Source of the DNA: Verrucomicrobiota bacterium
GTDB taxonomy: Bacteria; Verrucomicrobiota; Verrucomicrobiia; Chthoniobacterales; UBA10450
Direction: 5' to 3'
Assembly (NCBI GenBank): GCA_003218135.1
Contig: QHNQ01000023.1
Location: 341 to 64,340, forward strand
Length of the DNA: 64,000 nucleotides
This document shows positions 17,201-26,719 of the stretch, piece by piece. Position numbers and translations under genes: made by a program. How positions within the stretch are numbered: the first letter of the stretch is position 1; each line of letters begins with the position of its first letter. The notes under the pieces were generated by a model. The model was not told the origin of the DNA and searched no databases. It saw only the letters and a list, made by a program, of their open reading frames with translations.

Positions 17201-18712
17201 ATGAAACTGATGACCTCGTCCGCTGTCGAGACCGTGGATCTTCTCGATCTGAAGCTGCTGCCTGCGTGGGTCAAAGAACCTGCTGATTCGAAGAGCTATG
17301 CGGGTTACACGGAGGAAGAAGATAGGGGAGCGCAAAAAAGGTGGCGCGGTGCCCCACGCGGTAAGCCAAAACACCGAACTCCGATAAATCGCGAGCAGGC
17401 GTCCGACTTCGATAAATCACGAGCAAGCATCCAACATCCAACACCCAAAGTAGAGAGGCGATATCGCGATGGATTGGGACAGAGAAGCGGTGCGAGAGAC
17501 GGTCGTCCGCGCGGGTCCAAAAATCGCCGTCGGCTGGATCGGCATCCTCAGTTTACGCGAACGCCGCCAGTCACAGTTCGTTTCCTGCCATACTCACTGG
17601 CATTTGAAAACGTAGTGGCGCAGATCAAGTCCGGCTCGGTTGCGTATTCGGTGTTTGCACTGGCCAGGTTATTTCTTGAAAAACCCGTTGGATACGAGGT
17701 TTACGTCGCAGCAAAGCCGCACTCGCCGCTTTTTCAACTGGGTGAGAACGGCACGGTGTCCGTGGATCGCGAGTTTCTGGAGCGAAACTCATTCCGATTC
17801 GCTCAGCGTGATTTCTACCAGATGGATGTTGTCGAGACCGATCCAATTAAAGGAAATTTCTCAAATGTGGCGCGCTGCCGCTTGAGCGGAACGCTTCTGG
17901 GCCCGACCAACTATCACAATTATCAGCCGCAGCTCCGCAGTCTTTACGAGCAACGTTTCAGCCGCCGAATGAGTTTTGCCGATTACCAGCGGCAAATCGA
18001 CGTTATGAGCGATGCGGAGTTGATCGAGCGCTGGAAAGAGGAAGCCCGAAAGATCACGACCTATACAACCTTGCGCGAAGCAAGCTCTCTTAAATTTTCT
18101 TCTGCACTGGAAGCGGAGCGGCATTTTCGATCGCATTATTTGCCCGGACTGATCCGTGATGTTGGGGAAGCTACCTTCGGCGGAGGATTGAGCCGGCGTT
18201 TGCCCGATCGCATGCTAAATCAGGCGATCGAGGAGGCATGGATGCGCGAAACACGGTCGCCTTCAGACATGATGCAGGAGCTGGCCGGGCGGTTTCGACA
18301 AAATGGCCTGCACGTTTTTCGGCATCGCCGCGGCATGTTGTTTATCTCGCCAATTCGCCCACGCGCGTTTGCTTATGAACAGGCGGGAGTATCTCCATCT
18401 GTGAATGCGATCCTTGAAGCGCTGGGATCGGCCCAACGAAGCACTGGCAAACAACTCTTCGAAAGGTTGATTCGCGATAGCGCGGGCGAACATGCAGAGG
18501 CACGCAGTCTTGCGGTGGCGTCCGACCTGCGTTGGCTGATCAACGAAGGTTACGTGATCGAGTTCAACGATGGCTCGCTCGATCTGCCCCGCCGCAAATC
18601 AAAGCAGCAGCAGGAAACTGCGGAGGCGCTGGCCGCGGCGAGCGCCGGGGCGGTTGACACAACTACCTCTACAAGGTCTTGGCCTCTACAGCTTACCTGG
18701 CCCGAACAGTAA
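17201..18712 (+). CDS. hypothetical protein, Arg/Lys-rich N-terminal region, no family recognised
   Basis: Uninterrupted 503-aa ORF with an ATG start. The first 120 aa are basic and probably disordered (RGAPRGKPKHR, RDGRPRGSKNRRR); the rest looks globular. Confidence 0.6.
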   Translation: MKLMTSSAVETVDLLDLKLLPAWVKEPADSKSYAGYTEEEDRGAQKRWRGAPRGKPKHRTPINREQASDFDKSRASIQHPTPKVERRYRDGLGQRSGARDGRPRGSKNRRRLDRHPQFTRTPPVTVRFLPYSLAFENVVAQIKSGSVAYSVFALARLFLEKPVGYEVYVAAKPHSPLFQLGENGTVSVDREFLERNSFRFAQRDFYQMDVVETDPIKGNFSNVARCRLSGTLLGPTNYHNYQPQLRSLYEQRFSRRMSFADYQRQIDVMSDAELIERWKEEARKITTYTTLREASSLKFSSALEAERHFRSHYLPGLIRDVGEATFGGGLSRRLPDRMLNQAIEEAWMRETRSPSDMMQELAGRFRQNGLHVFRHRRGMLFISPIRPRAFAYEQAGVSPSVNAILEALGSAQRSTGKQLFERLIRDSAGEHAEARSLAVASDLRWLINEGYVIEFNDGSLDLPRRKSKQQQETAEALAAASAGAVDTTTSTRSWPLQLTWPEQ

Positions 18713-18735
18713 CAGGGCGTCCGCGGCAATTTTAT

Positions 18736-18782
18736 TTGTAGGGCGTCTGTGTCAGACGCCATGGATGCAGACGCCCTACAAT
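18736..18782. repeat. TGTAGGGCG...CGCCCTACA hairpin at a convergent junction (possible bidirectional terminator)
   Basis: TTGTAGGGCGTCTGTGTCAGACGCCATGGATGCAGACGCCCTACAA. Confidence 0.5.
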
Positions 18783-18783
18783 T

Positions 18784-19044
18784 TCAGATGGCGCCGGCTT
18801 TTTTCAGCGCCTTGTAAGCGCCGTGTTTGTTAATCGTCTTAAGACCACGGGCAGTAACGCGGACGCGCACAAACTTCTTGAGTTCCGGCACCCAGATGCG
18901 CTGGTGACGCAAATTTGGCGCGAAAATGCGCGGCACCATTTTGGTGATGTGCCGGCCTACGCCGCCTTTTTTCTTGGCCAAACCACGCCGGTGAATGACG
19001 CTGCCGCGCATGGCTCTTGATCCTGTGATGTGACAAACTTTCAT
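18784..19044 (-). CDS. rpmB: 50S ribosomal protein L28
   Basis: MKVCHITGSRAMRGSVI...RIFAPNLRHQRIWVPELKKFVRVRVTARGLKTINKHG is colinear with bacterial L28. The internal ATG at 19044 was used; the longer ORF from 19215 was rejected. Confidence 0.9.
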   Translation of the reverse strand: MKVCHITGSRAMRGSVIHRRGLAKKKGGVGRHITKMVPRIFAPNLRHQRIWVPELKKFVRVRVTARGLKTINKHGAYKALKKAGAI

Positions 19045-19223
19045 GTCGCGAAAAAAGCTGCGTAACCTGCCGCGCACAAGCGCTCTGGTCAAGTGGATGA
19101 TCCTCAAGGGAGTGACGGCTTGGGCAGCCGTAAATTTTAAACTCGACGGCTGGGAAGCCGTACTGCTCGAGAGTTGAACGCGCCATCGCTGCTCGCGGTC
19201 AAACGTAGCTCGCACCTGAGCTT

Positions 19224-20261
19224 ATGCACAAAAACAATCACAAGCTGCGGATTGGTATTATCGGAGCCGGCAACATCGTTCGCACCCGCCATTTGCCCGC
19301 CTTAAAGAAACATCCGGAAGTCGAAATTGTCGCCGTCTCGAATTCCACTTACGAGAGCTCAGAAAAATTCTGCAGCGAAAATGCACCGGGTGCAACGCCA
19401 ATACAGAATTGGCCTGAGTTGGTGGCACTGCACGATCTCGACGTCGTCTGGATCGGCACGCCACCTTACATGCATTCTGCGGTGACAATTTCCGCGCTTG
19501 AGGCGGGCAAACACGTTTTTTGTCAGGCCCGCATGTCGATGGATTTGGCTGAAGCCGAAGAAATGCTCGCCGCCTCGAAACGTTATCCCGAACTGGTGAC
19601 GATGCTTTGCCCGCCACCATTTGGAATGCGCGCCGATTTGCTGGTCAAAAAGATTCTGGCTGAAAATTACATCGGACGTACGCATCATGTGCGGCTGCAA
19701 AGTTTCACCGGCAATTACCTGGATCCCGACACTCCGGCGCATTGGCGGCAAAAGATTGAGATTAGCGGACTCAACACGCTCACGCTGGGAATTTACGTCG
19801 AAGTTTTGCACCGCTGGCTCGGTGACATCATCGGCGTCTTCGCGCGCGGTAAAATCATTCGTCCGGTTCGACAAGGCTACGGTGTGATCGTTCCCGATCT
19901 GCTCACGATTCTGTGCAGTTTTGAGAATGGCGCGGAAGGCGTGCTGGAGTTCAGCGGAATTAATGCCCTGGCGGAAGGCGACCGGCTCGAAATTTACGGC
20001 AGCGTCGGCACGCTGACGTACGATTTCACATCCGACGTCGTGCAAGCGGGAAAGCACGGAGATCGCGCGCTGCACGTAATCGATGTTCCACCGGAACTGG
20101 ACGGCGAGTGGCGCGTGGAAGAAGATTTTCTCGCGGCCGTTAAATCAAAAGGTCGCGTGCATCCGCAACCAAGTTTCGAAGACGGCATTCGATACATGCG
20201 CGTCGTGCAGGCTGTCGCTGATTCTCGTGCGCGGAATGAATGGGTAGCGATTAAGCCCTGA
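19224..20261 (+). CDS. Gfo/Idh/MocA family oxidoreductase
   Basis: N-terminal Rossmann motif IGIIGAGNIVRTRHLPAL plus EAGKHVFCQARM. Confidence 0.85.
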   Translation: MHKNNHKLRIGIIGAGNIVRTRHLPALKKHPEVEIVAVSNSTYESSEKFCSENAPGATPIQNWPELVALHDLDVVWIGTPPYMHSAVTISALEAGKHVFCQARMSMDLAEAEEMLAASKRYPELVTMLCPPPFGMRADLLVKKILAENYIGRTHHVRLQSFTGNYLDPDTPAHWRQKIEISGLNTLTLGIYVEVLHRWLGDIIGVFARGKIIRPVRQGYGVIVPDLLTILCSFENGAEGVLEFSGINALAEGDRLEIYGSVGTLTYDFTSDVVQAGKHGDRALHVIDVPPELDGEWRVEEDFLAAVKSKGRVHPQPSFEDGIRYMRVVQAVADSRARNEWVAIKP

Positions 20262-20297
20262 ATGAGCCAAAAGCACCGCGTGGCGAATAGCTTCCAA

Positions 20298-20894
20298 TCA
20301 GGGCATCGCATTTCCCACCAGAAGTCTTCTAAACACCAATGCCCACGCTAGCAGCGTGACTAGCTGGTACCACGCAAAAAACCGATCGTAACCGCGTCGG
20401 CGCGCACAGAGACCGCCGACGGCGAGCAGCGCATATTGTCCGACGAACGGCACGTACCACACTGGCTGAAAAAGTTCGCCGTGAACTGCCGTTTGCGCGA
20501 TGTCGAGCAAACACATCGCAATGAACGTGGAGTAATACCCTGAGCGGTTTCGTTCGAAGCGGCCCTGGTGCTCTTCCGCCTCCGAAAGATCGGGCGGGTA
20601 CAGAAAAACTGTGAGCAGGTACAGCGTGACGGTCCATGCAGTTAGAACTAGGAACTTGTCAAAAGTCCAGTTCAGTTCGGTGTTCCATCTGAATGTGACC
20701 CACCACTGCAAAACCAGCAGCAGCAAAGTCGCGACGGTGAGGACAATGTGGACCTCATCGAGCGGGTTTTCTTTGCGCCGATAGAATGCGCGGCCGGCTC
20801 CAGCGAGCAGATTGGTCACACCCAGACCGATGATTATTGACATCAGCGCAGCGATGAACTCGAAACTGCTCATCAGGTTTTGCGCGTTTTGCAT
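20298..20894 (-). CDS. hypothetical 6-TM membrane protein
   Basis: 198-aa ORF with about 6 hydrophobic helices. No family recognised. Confidence 0.5.
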   Translation of the reverse strand: MQNAQNLMSSFEFIAALMSIIIGLGVTNLLAGAGRAFYRRKENPLDEVHIVLTVATLLLLVLQWWVTFRWNTELNWTFDKFLVLTAWTVTLYLLTVFLYPPDLSEAEEHQGRFERNRSGYYSTFIAMCLLDIAQTAVHGELFQPVWYVPFVGQYALLAVGGLCARRRGYDRFFAWYQLVTLLAWALVFRRLLVGNAMP

Positions 20895-20986
20895 GGCGTA
20901 CTGAGCTTAAAGGGGACCGAATCTGAAAATCGAGCGGCAAATGATACGCCTGCGATCGCCGAAAATTCACTGGCGTGCGCTACCCA

Positions 20987-21823
20987 TCAACGAGAACTCG
21001 CCTTCACCAGCAGCCAATCCAGCGCGTTATTCAAATCTGCCAGCGCCGCGCCTTCGATCGGATCATTATGATGGGCGCCGCGCAATTCGATCACGCGTTT
21101 TTGCCCGGCGTACGCGTTGACAACCAGCCGGTGAAACCGCGGCGCAACTATTTCATCCTTTTTTGCTAACAAAAAGATCGCTGCGACACGAGTCGTTCTC
21201 GCATTTTGAATGCAGTCGAGATCTCGCGGCATTTGTAGCGCGACGGGACCCGCTAACAGCCACAGGTTCCACCATCCGAACTGACGAAGGGCCATCTCGC
21301 GCAGCGGCGGTGGGTTCTGCAAAATTAATCCGGCGACCGGACGGTGCGCTGCCACATGAAGCGCTGCCGTCGTGCCGATGCTTGCCCCGAAGGGAACGAT
21401 TGGCCGATTGTCCGCGTGATGTTTTAGTTCATCAAAGGCCGCAAGCGCCGCCGGGCCGATTGATGAAAGCCGCGCTGGCCCCGTGCTACCTCCAAATCCG
21501 GGATAATTCATTCCCCAGATTTCAACCGCGCGATCGCTCCACATTTCGGCCTCTTCGGCCGGCCAGCGCTCGGCGCGATCCGCATTGCCGTAAAAGCGCA
21601 GAATGAAAATATCCGCGTGACCTTGTTGCTGCGCTCGACGCGATCTTGCCATCCACATTTCCAATTCGCCGCTTTGAAACGGAATTGTTTTGCGAACGGC
21701 ACCGCCAGCATCAATCGGCGCTCTTGTTGGGAACAAAATTAGATGGTCAGGCAAGTGACCGAAGAACATCACCATGAAATATGCGACGCCAATCGCGAGC
21801 AACAGGGTGAGCCGGCGGCTCAT
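20987..21823 (-). CDS. alpha/beta hydrolase with N-terminal membrane anchor
   Basis: Contains NYPGFGGSTG, the nucleophile elbow GASIG, and a late GAHHND. Confidence 0.7.
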   Translation of the reverse strand: MSRRLTLLLAIGVAYFMVMFFGHLPDHLILFPTRAPIDAGGAVRKTIPFQSGELEMWMARSRRAQQQGHADIFILRFYGNADRAERWPAEEAEMWSDRAVEIWGMNYPGFGGSTGPARLSSIGPAALAAFDELKHHADNRPIVPFGASIGTTAALHVAAHRPVAGLILQNPPPLREMALRQFGWWNLWLLAGPVALQMPRDLDCIQNARTTRVAAIFLLAKKDEIVAPRFHRLVVNAYAGQKRVIELRGAHHNDPIEGAALADLNNALDWLLVKASSR

Positions 21824-21894
21824 TACAGCCGACCTGATACGACACCGTGAGGATTCGTCATCCGGCGCGGCCTACGCCACAAACGATTGGAGGA

Positions 21895-22086
21895 CTAATC
21901 GCTCTCGTCCTTGAGCATCGATTTGATTTGCTCGCGTAATTCCGGCGTCTGTTCGTGGCCGTGGGCCGAGACGGCATGCCGCACCGCCGCGTCGAGCACT
22001 TCTTCCTCCGTGCCGGAAATTTTCAGCGAGCAATTCTTCTCGCTCGGATAATCCCTGCAATCGATGGATTTTCTTTGAGCTGCCAT
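21895..22086 (-). CDS. DUF1059-like small protein
   Basis: 63 aa with a C..YPSEKNC...ISG.EEEV...HA...HG pattern typical of DUF1059 as I recall it. Confidence 0.55.
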   Translation of the reverse strand: MAAQRKSIDCRDYPSEKNCSLKISGTEEEVLDAAVRHAVSAHGHEQTPELREQIKSMLKDESD

Positions 22087-22105
22087 TTGTGACCTCCAGC
22101 GTGAT

Positions 22106-22639
22106 TTAGCTTTTCTTTAGCTCGGCCAAATCTTTCAGCACTTGCTCGCTGTGGTCAGCCGGCTTCACGCTGGTGTAGACCTTCGCGATTTCGCCTTTTG
22201 GATTAATGATGAACGTGTTCCGCGCCGCGAGTTTGCTTCCTTTGTAATCCATTATCGACCCATATTCGGTCGAGACTTTCGCGTCCGGATCGGCGAGCAA
22301 TTTGAAATTCAGCCCTTCCTTTGCGCAAAAATCCTTATGCGATTGCGCAGTGTCGACGCTCACACCGAGAATTACTGCACCCACCCCTTCATACTTTGCC
22401 AAATCGCGCTGGAAATTGCGCGCTTCCATGGTGCAACCGCTGGTGAAATCTTTCGGATAAAAATAGAGGACTATCCATTTGCCGCGATAATCTTTCAGGC
22501 TGACCTGAGAGCCATCGCCCGTGGCGAGACTAAAATCTGGCGCTGGTTTACCGGGTTCGGGTTGAGTTTGTGTTTCTGCCGCTTCCACGAGTGCCAATGT
22601 AGTGAGTCCAACAATTATGGATAAGAATATTTTCTTCAT
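22106..22639 (-). CDS. bcp: secreted peroxiredoxin (Bcp/AhpC-TSA family)
   Basis: Signal peptide MKKIFLSIIVGLTTLALVEA, then YFYPKDFTSGCTMEARNF with the peroxidatic Cys. Confidence 0.85.
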   Translation of the reverse strand: MKKIFLSIIVGLTTLALVEAAETQTQPEPGKPAPDFSLATGDGSQVSLKDYRGKWIVLYFYPKDFTSGCTMEARNFQRDLAKYEGVGAVILGVSVDTAQSHKDFCAKEGLNFKLLADPDAKVSTEYGSIMDYKGSKLAARNTFIINPKGEIAKVYTSVKPADHSEQVLKDLAELKKS

Positions 22640-22675
22640 TTTCGAATCTCCTGATGTTTGAAGAACGTACTGATA

Positions 22676-23236
22676 ATGGAATCGCAATCAAAAGAGAAGA
22701 TTTCGCGGATTTGGACGATTGGCCACTCAACGCGCAACATCGAGGTCTTCATTTCGTTGCTGGAAGAAAACGGAATCAAGGTGCTGGCCGACGTGCGATC
22801 TTTGCCGGGGTCGAAGCGGTATCCGCAGTTCAACAAGGAAGCACTGGCGCAATCGCTGAACGCACGCGCGATTCGCTACGAACATTTTCCCGAGCTCGGC
22901 GGACGACGAAAAGCGAGGCCGGATTCGCGCAGCACGGCGTGGCGCAACGTATCATTCCGAGGTTATGCCGATTACATGGAAACAGAGGAATTCCAGCAGG
23001 GTATCAAGCGCCTGCTCGAGGTCACTCATAAAGCCGGCCCCGCCGCGATCATGTGTGCGGAAGCAGTTTGGTGGCGCTGCCATCGCTCGCTGATCTCGGA
23101 CCATCTCAAAGCAGCCGGGATTGAGGTCATGCACATCCTCGACGCAAACAAAATCGAGCCGCATCCGTTTACATCTGCGGCGCATATTGTGGACGGCAGG
23201 CTTAGCTACGCGAGTGAGGGAGAGCCTTTGATCTAA
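22676..23236 (+). CDS. DUF488 family protein
   Basis: IWTIGHSTR, LADVRS.PGSKR.PQFN, LGGRR and IMCAEAVWWRCHRSLISDHL. Confidence 0.75.
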   Translation: MESQSKEKISRIWTIGHSTRNIEVFISLLEENGIKVLADVRSLPGSKRYPQFNKEALAQSLNARAIRYEHFPELGGRRKARPDSRSTAWRNVSFRGYADYMETEEFQQGIKRLLEVTHKAGPAAIMCAEAVWWRCHRSLISDHLKAAGIEVMHILDANKIEPHPFTSAAHIVDGRLSYASEGEPLI

Positions 23237-23787
23237 CGCGAATCTGACCCAACTAATCCATCCCTGGCTAAACGCCGGCGTGGTTCACGCCATGTGCGAT
23301 GTGCAATGTAGGCTGGCACAGGCGGCGAAAGTTTCTCTCGTTCCATCATTCTCTCCGCCAGCCAGTGGAACCATTCGGAGCCGGTCTCGCGATTTAGCTC
23401 GCGACGCCATTCCTCGGCCCAAACCTGGAGCTTCTTCCAGGAGAGAAGAATCGGACCGCTAAAGAAATCATCCACGAGATCAAGGCTGAGTTCGCGGCGA
23501 AATAACAATAGACCGATGCTTTCCCAAGTCAGCGAAACCAGATAGACGGCATCTTCCCCGTCAGGTCCGAGCACTTCGCGTATTTTTTGCGCGTCCGCTC
23601 CATCCGGCAAAGACAGCACGCGGCGAAGCGCACTGGTGAAAGCTGGGCTTTGGAATGACCGCACGAGCTCAAGCATCGCATCGCGTTGTCTCCGTTGGCG
23701 ATAGTACCTGATTTGCGCGGCCGCAAAGATGACGCCTGCCGTCACCGCGAACGCGTTGACCAGATTGGCAATGGTCGAGACATCCAT
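23233..23787 (-). CDS. hypothetical protein with a single N-terminal TM helix (possibly DUF4760-like)
   Basis: 184-aa ORF. The TM helix is followed by QIRYYRQRRQRD. Its start abuts the serpin stop, which suggests an operon. Confidence 0.5.
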   Translation of the reverse strand: MDVSTIANLVNAFAVTAGVIFAAAQIRYYRQRRQRDAMLELVRSFQSPAFTSALRRVLSLPDGADAQKIREVLGPDGEDAVYLVSLTWESIGLLLFRRELSLDLVDDFFSGPILLSWKKLQVWAEEWRRELNRETGSEWFHWLAERMMEREKLSPPVPAYIAHRTWREPRRRLARDGLVGSDSR

Positions 23788-25056
23788 TCAACGAGGGTCG
23801 GTCACGCGGCCCAGGAAAAGGCACACACCGCTGGGCACGTGCTGAATTGCATAGACGAATGGCCGATCGACTTTGACTTCGATTGGCGGCGGGGGAGGTG
23901 ACCTTAAAGCCGCCGCCGCCGCCATCATCGTCACGGCCGTGGCGGCAGCCGCTTCGGTTCCTTTTTCGTCGACCGCGATAAAGGTTTTGTGAAAGATCTG
24001 CGAGATGTAGAGGTAATCATTCGGTTTTCGTGGCGCGATCTTGTCGAAGTTTGCGCTGCCATGCGGCTTGTCGAACGCGGTTTTCATCCCGAGCGCTTCA
24101 AAATTTTCGGCCAAAGCGATCGTCGGCGGCTGGAGCTTGAACTTTGGAAGATGAAGATCGACGTCGCGCCTTTCAAGTTTTGTGCATTGAGCCAGCAACT
24201 CACCGGTCAGCTTTGATTCGAGCGAGTGCAGACCATTTACCTCGTCGGGAAGCAGAACAACAAACTGTAGCTCTTCGCCTGCATAGGGGAGGCTTACGAC
24301 CGTGAATCCCTCGCGCCTGGCGTAACCGAAGTGATCGCTCGTTTTCTGCATCATCGGGACATCCGAAGATGTGCCGCCGTGGACAAAGAACGGCTCCGGC
24401 TTCGTCGCGTACTCGGAAAACTCGCTTGCCCAAGGTGCTTTCAAATAAAGCGCGTTCGCCAACACGAGGCGGGTAGTTTTATCCAGCGCCCCTCCCGGAA
24501 TCAGATCGCGAATCCGATCACGGGTTTGGTCTGCGACCCATTTGTTGATGTGCTGCGTAGCTGCTGCGGGATCGGCAACGAAATCAATGGGCTCAAATGC
24601 CCCGCCGAAATTTTGCTTCACCAGTGACAGATAAGTCTCGCGAAACGGATAGCCCTTTTGCGCAAAGAGCCTGTTAGCGATGTTCAGCGCGATCGGTTCA
24701 CTCGGCCCACCAAATTTCTTCGATTGTTTTGCAAGCTCAGCCGTGTTCGCGCTCATCTCTTCCAGCGAATGCTGAAGCGCGGAGAAAGAGGCGAAGACGC
24801 CGGCGTCGTTTGTGAGATGTAGGACACGAGCCATTTCCGTGCGTGTCTCGCCGTCGGCGCCAGCAAAGGTCATGGCCAGCGCGGTTTCGATTGAATAAGG
24901 GGAGATGCAAAGGTTCTCGTCGCCTTTAGCAAGCTGGTGGTGAAGATTGACTGCGAGCTCGTTTGTCGCCTTCGCCGCCAGATCGAAATTTGTTGCGCCG
25001 TGCGCCATCGCAGCGATTGACGCTCCGATTACCGAGAAGATCAAAAATCGTTTCAT
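23788..25056 (-). CDS. secreted serpin (serine protease inhibitor)
   Basis: Signal peptide MKRFLIFSVIGASIAAMAHG. Has the serpin hinge and reactive-centre loop (AVDEKGTEAAAATAVTMMAAAAALRS) followed by FKVDRPF-type VKVDRPFVYAI. Confidence 0.85.
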   Translation of the reverse strand: MKRFLIFSVIGASIAAMAHGATNFDLAAKATNELAVNLHHQLAKGDENLCISPYSIETALAMTFAGADGETRTEMARVLHLTNDAGVFASFSALQHSLEEMSANTAELAKQSKKFGGPSEPIALNIANRLFAQKGYPFRETYLSLVKQNFGGAFEPIDFVADPAAATQHINKWVADQTRDRIRDLIPGGALDKTTRLVLANALYLKAPWASEFSEYATKPEPFFVHGGTSSDVPMMQKTSDHFGYARREGFTVVSLPYAGEELQFVVLLPDEVNGLHSLESKLTGELLAQCTKLERRDVDLHLPKFKLQPPTIALAENFEALGMKTAFDKPHGSANFDKIAPRKPNDYLYISQIFHKTFIAVDEKGTEAAAATAVTMMAAAAALRSPPPPPIEVKVDRPFVYAIQHVPSGVCLFLGRVTDPR

Positions 25057-25273
25057 GCCGACCATGAAACATCGAAACGGCAAATCTTGCGATGATTTTT
25101 GGAGTGCGGCGACATGTCGCCGCTTTCAAAGGCCGGACATGCCCGCGCAGTCCCACTTGAGATTTCAGAAGGCTTCACTCCGGGAAGCCGTGCGCGTCGC
25201 CCACAGGGCGACAGCTACAGTTGAACCATTGCAGTCGGCGCCCAGCGCTGATTTAGTGCGTGACCTGAAAATC

Positions 25274-26695
25274 ATGCCCGCAGACCGCAAGCAGAATCTC
25301 ATCCTTTTTCTGCCTGACCAGCAGAGAGCCGATACGCTTGCCTGCTACGGGGGCGTAAAGGTTCACGCGCCGAATCTCAACAAGCTCGCGTCTGAATCGG
25401 TGATCTTCGAGCGGGCGTACGTCACGCATCCGGTTTGCACGCCTTCGCGCTCATCACTGATGACAGGCACGTGGCCGCACATCAACGGCTGCACCCGCAA
25501 TAGCGTGCCACTCGATCAGCGGTTTCTCGTTTTTCCTGAACTGATGGAGGACAAGGACTATCGCAACGCATACCTGGGCAAATGGCATCTCGGCGAGGAC
25601 GGACCTGCCGGACGCGGATTTCAGCAGTGGGTTTCCACTGATGACCACGGCGACTACACAAATTTCCTACTCTCAAAAAACATCACGCCCGACAAATCGA
25701 ATGAGCGATTCTCAGAATTGGCCATCAGCAATCTGCCGCTGGAACTGTCGCGGCCAAGATTTCTGGAGAAACACGCATGCGAATTCATCGAAAAACATCA
25801 GCGCGATCCGTTCATTCTGGTCGTTGGCTTCGTGGAACCACACTCGCCGTACCACGGCCCCCTCAACGACGAGCATCCGCTCAATGAAGTGGAACTGGAT
25901 AAGACTGCCATTCTACCGGAGAGCGAAGATATTCCGCTGCGCTATCGTTTAATGCGCGAATGGCAGCAGGCGGAGGCGATCCTGGACCGGGAACGCCTGC
26001 CCACGCAGTTGTTCTTCGGAATCACACCGGACGAATATCGCAGCATCAAGCAACGTTATCTCGGATTAGTCACTCTGGTCGATCAAAGCATCGGCGCCAT
26101 TCTTGCATGTCTGGAGCGCTTCGGCTTGTGCGATGATACGATCGTCGTGCACACGAGCGACCACGGGGACAGCCTTGGCGCGCATCATCTTTTCGGAAAA
26201 GAAACGATGTTCGAAGAAGCTGCGCGCGTTCCATTTTTGATCCGGCGGCCTGGCGAAACACGGAGCAAAACCATTCAGCAACCAGTCAGTCACATCGATT
26301 TCGTGCCGACGTTACTCGATCTTCTCGGCCAACCGAACCATCCCCAGTGCGCTGGGAAAAGTCTCCTGCCTGTCATCAACGAAGCAGCAGCGCCGCCAGA
26401 CAACGTATTTCTAGAATGGGCGCCGAACCGCACAAAAATCAAAAAGGGTACCAGGCTCGCTCGGCGACGCCTGATCAAACGCGCCGTCGAAGAATCCACC
26501 CGGACAGTTGTGTCTCCAGATGGCTGGAAGCTTTGCCTGCGCGACAAAGATTCCAACGAGCTATTCAACTTGAAAGATGATCCTTTTGAGACGCGCAACC
26601 TTTATTCGGACCGCCAATACGCCTCGGTGATTTCACGTCTCACCGGTGAGATTCACCGCTGGCAGGAATCCGCGCGAGACAAGCTAAGAATTTAA
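25274..26695 (+). CDS. sulfatase (formylglycine-dependent arylsulfatase family)
   Basis: LFLPDQQRAD and CTPSRSSLMTG (C-x-P-x-R FGly motif), plus TSDHGD. No obvious signal peptide from the ATG at 25274. Confidence 0.85.
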   Translation: MPADRKQNLILFLPDQQRADTLACYGGVKVHAPNLNKLASESVIFERAYVTHPVCTPSRSSLMTGTWPHINGCTRNSVPLDQRFLVFPELMEDKDYRNAYLGKWHLGEDGPAGRGFQQWVSTDDHGDYTNFLLSKNITPDKSNERFSELAISNLPLELSRPRFLEKHACEFIEKHQRDPFILVVGFVEPHSPYHGPLNDEHPLNEVELDKTAILPESEDIPLRYRLMREWQQAEAILDRERLPTQLFFGITPDEYRSIKQRYLGLVTLVDQSIGAILACLERFGLCDDTIVVHTSDHGDSLGAHHLFGKETMFEEAARVPFLIRRPGETRSKTIQQPVSHIDFVPTLLDLLGQPNHPQCAGKSLLPVINEAAAPPDNVFLEWAPNRTKIKKGTRLARRRLIKRAVEESTRTVVSPDGWKLCLRDKDSNELFNLKDDPFETRNLYSDRQYASVISRLTGEIHRWQESARDKLRI

Positions 26696-26719
26696 GCAAT
26701 CGGGCATCATCGCAACCAC

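Noticed and set aside
24947-25273. Long 5' extension of the sulfatase ORF overlapping the serpin gene.
   Set aside because: It is antisense to the serpin N-terminus and reads through a GC-rich hairpin. The sulfatase homology begins right after the ATG at 25274.
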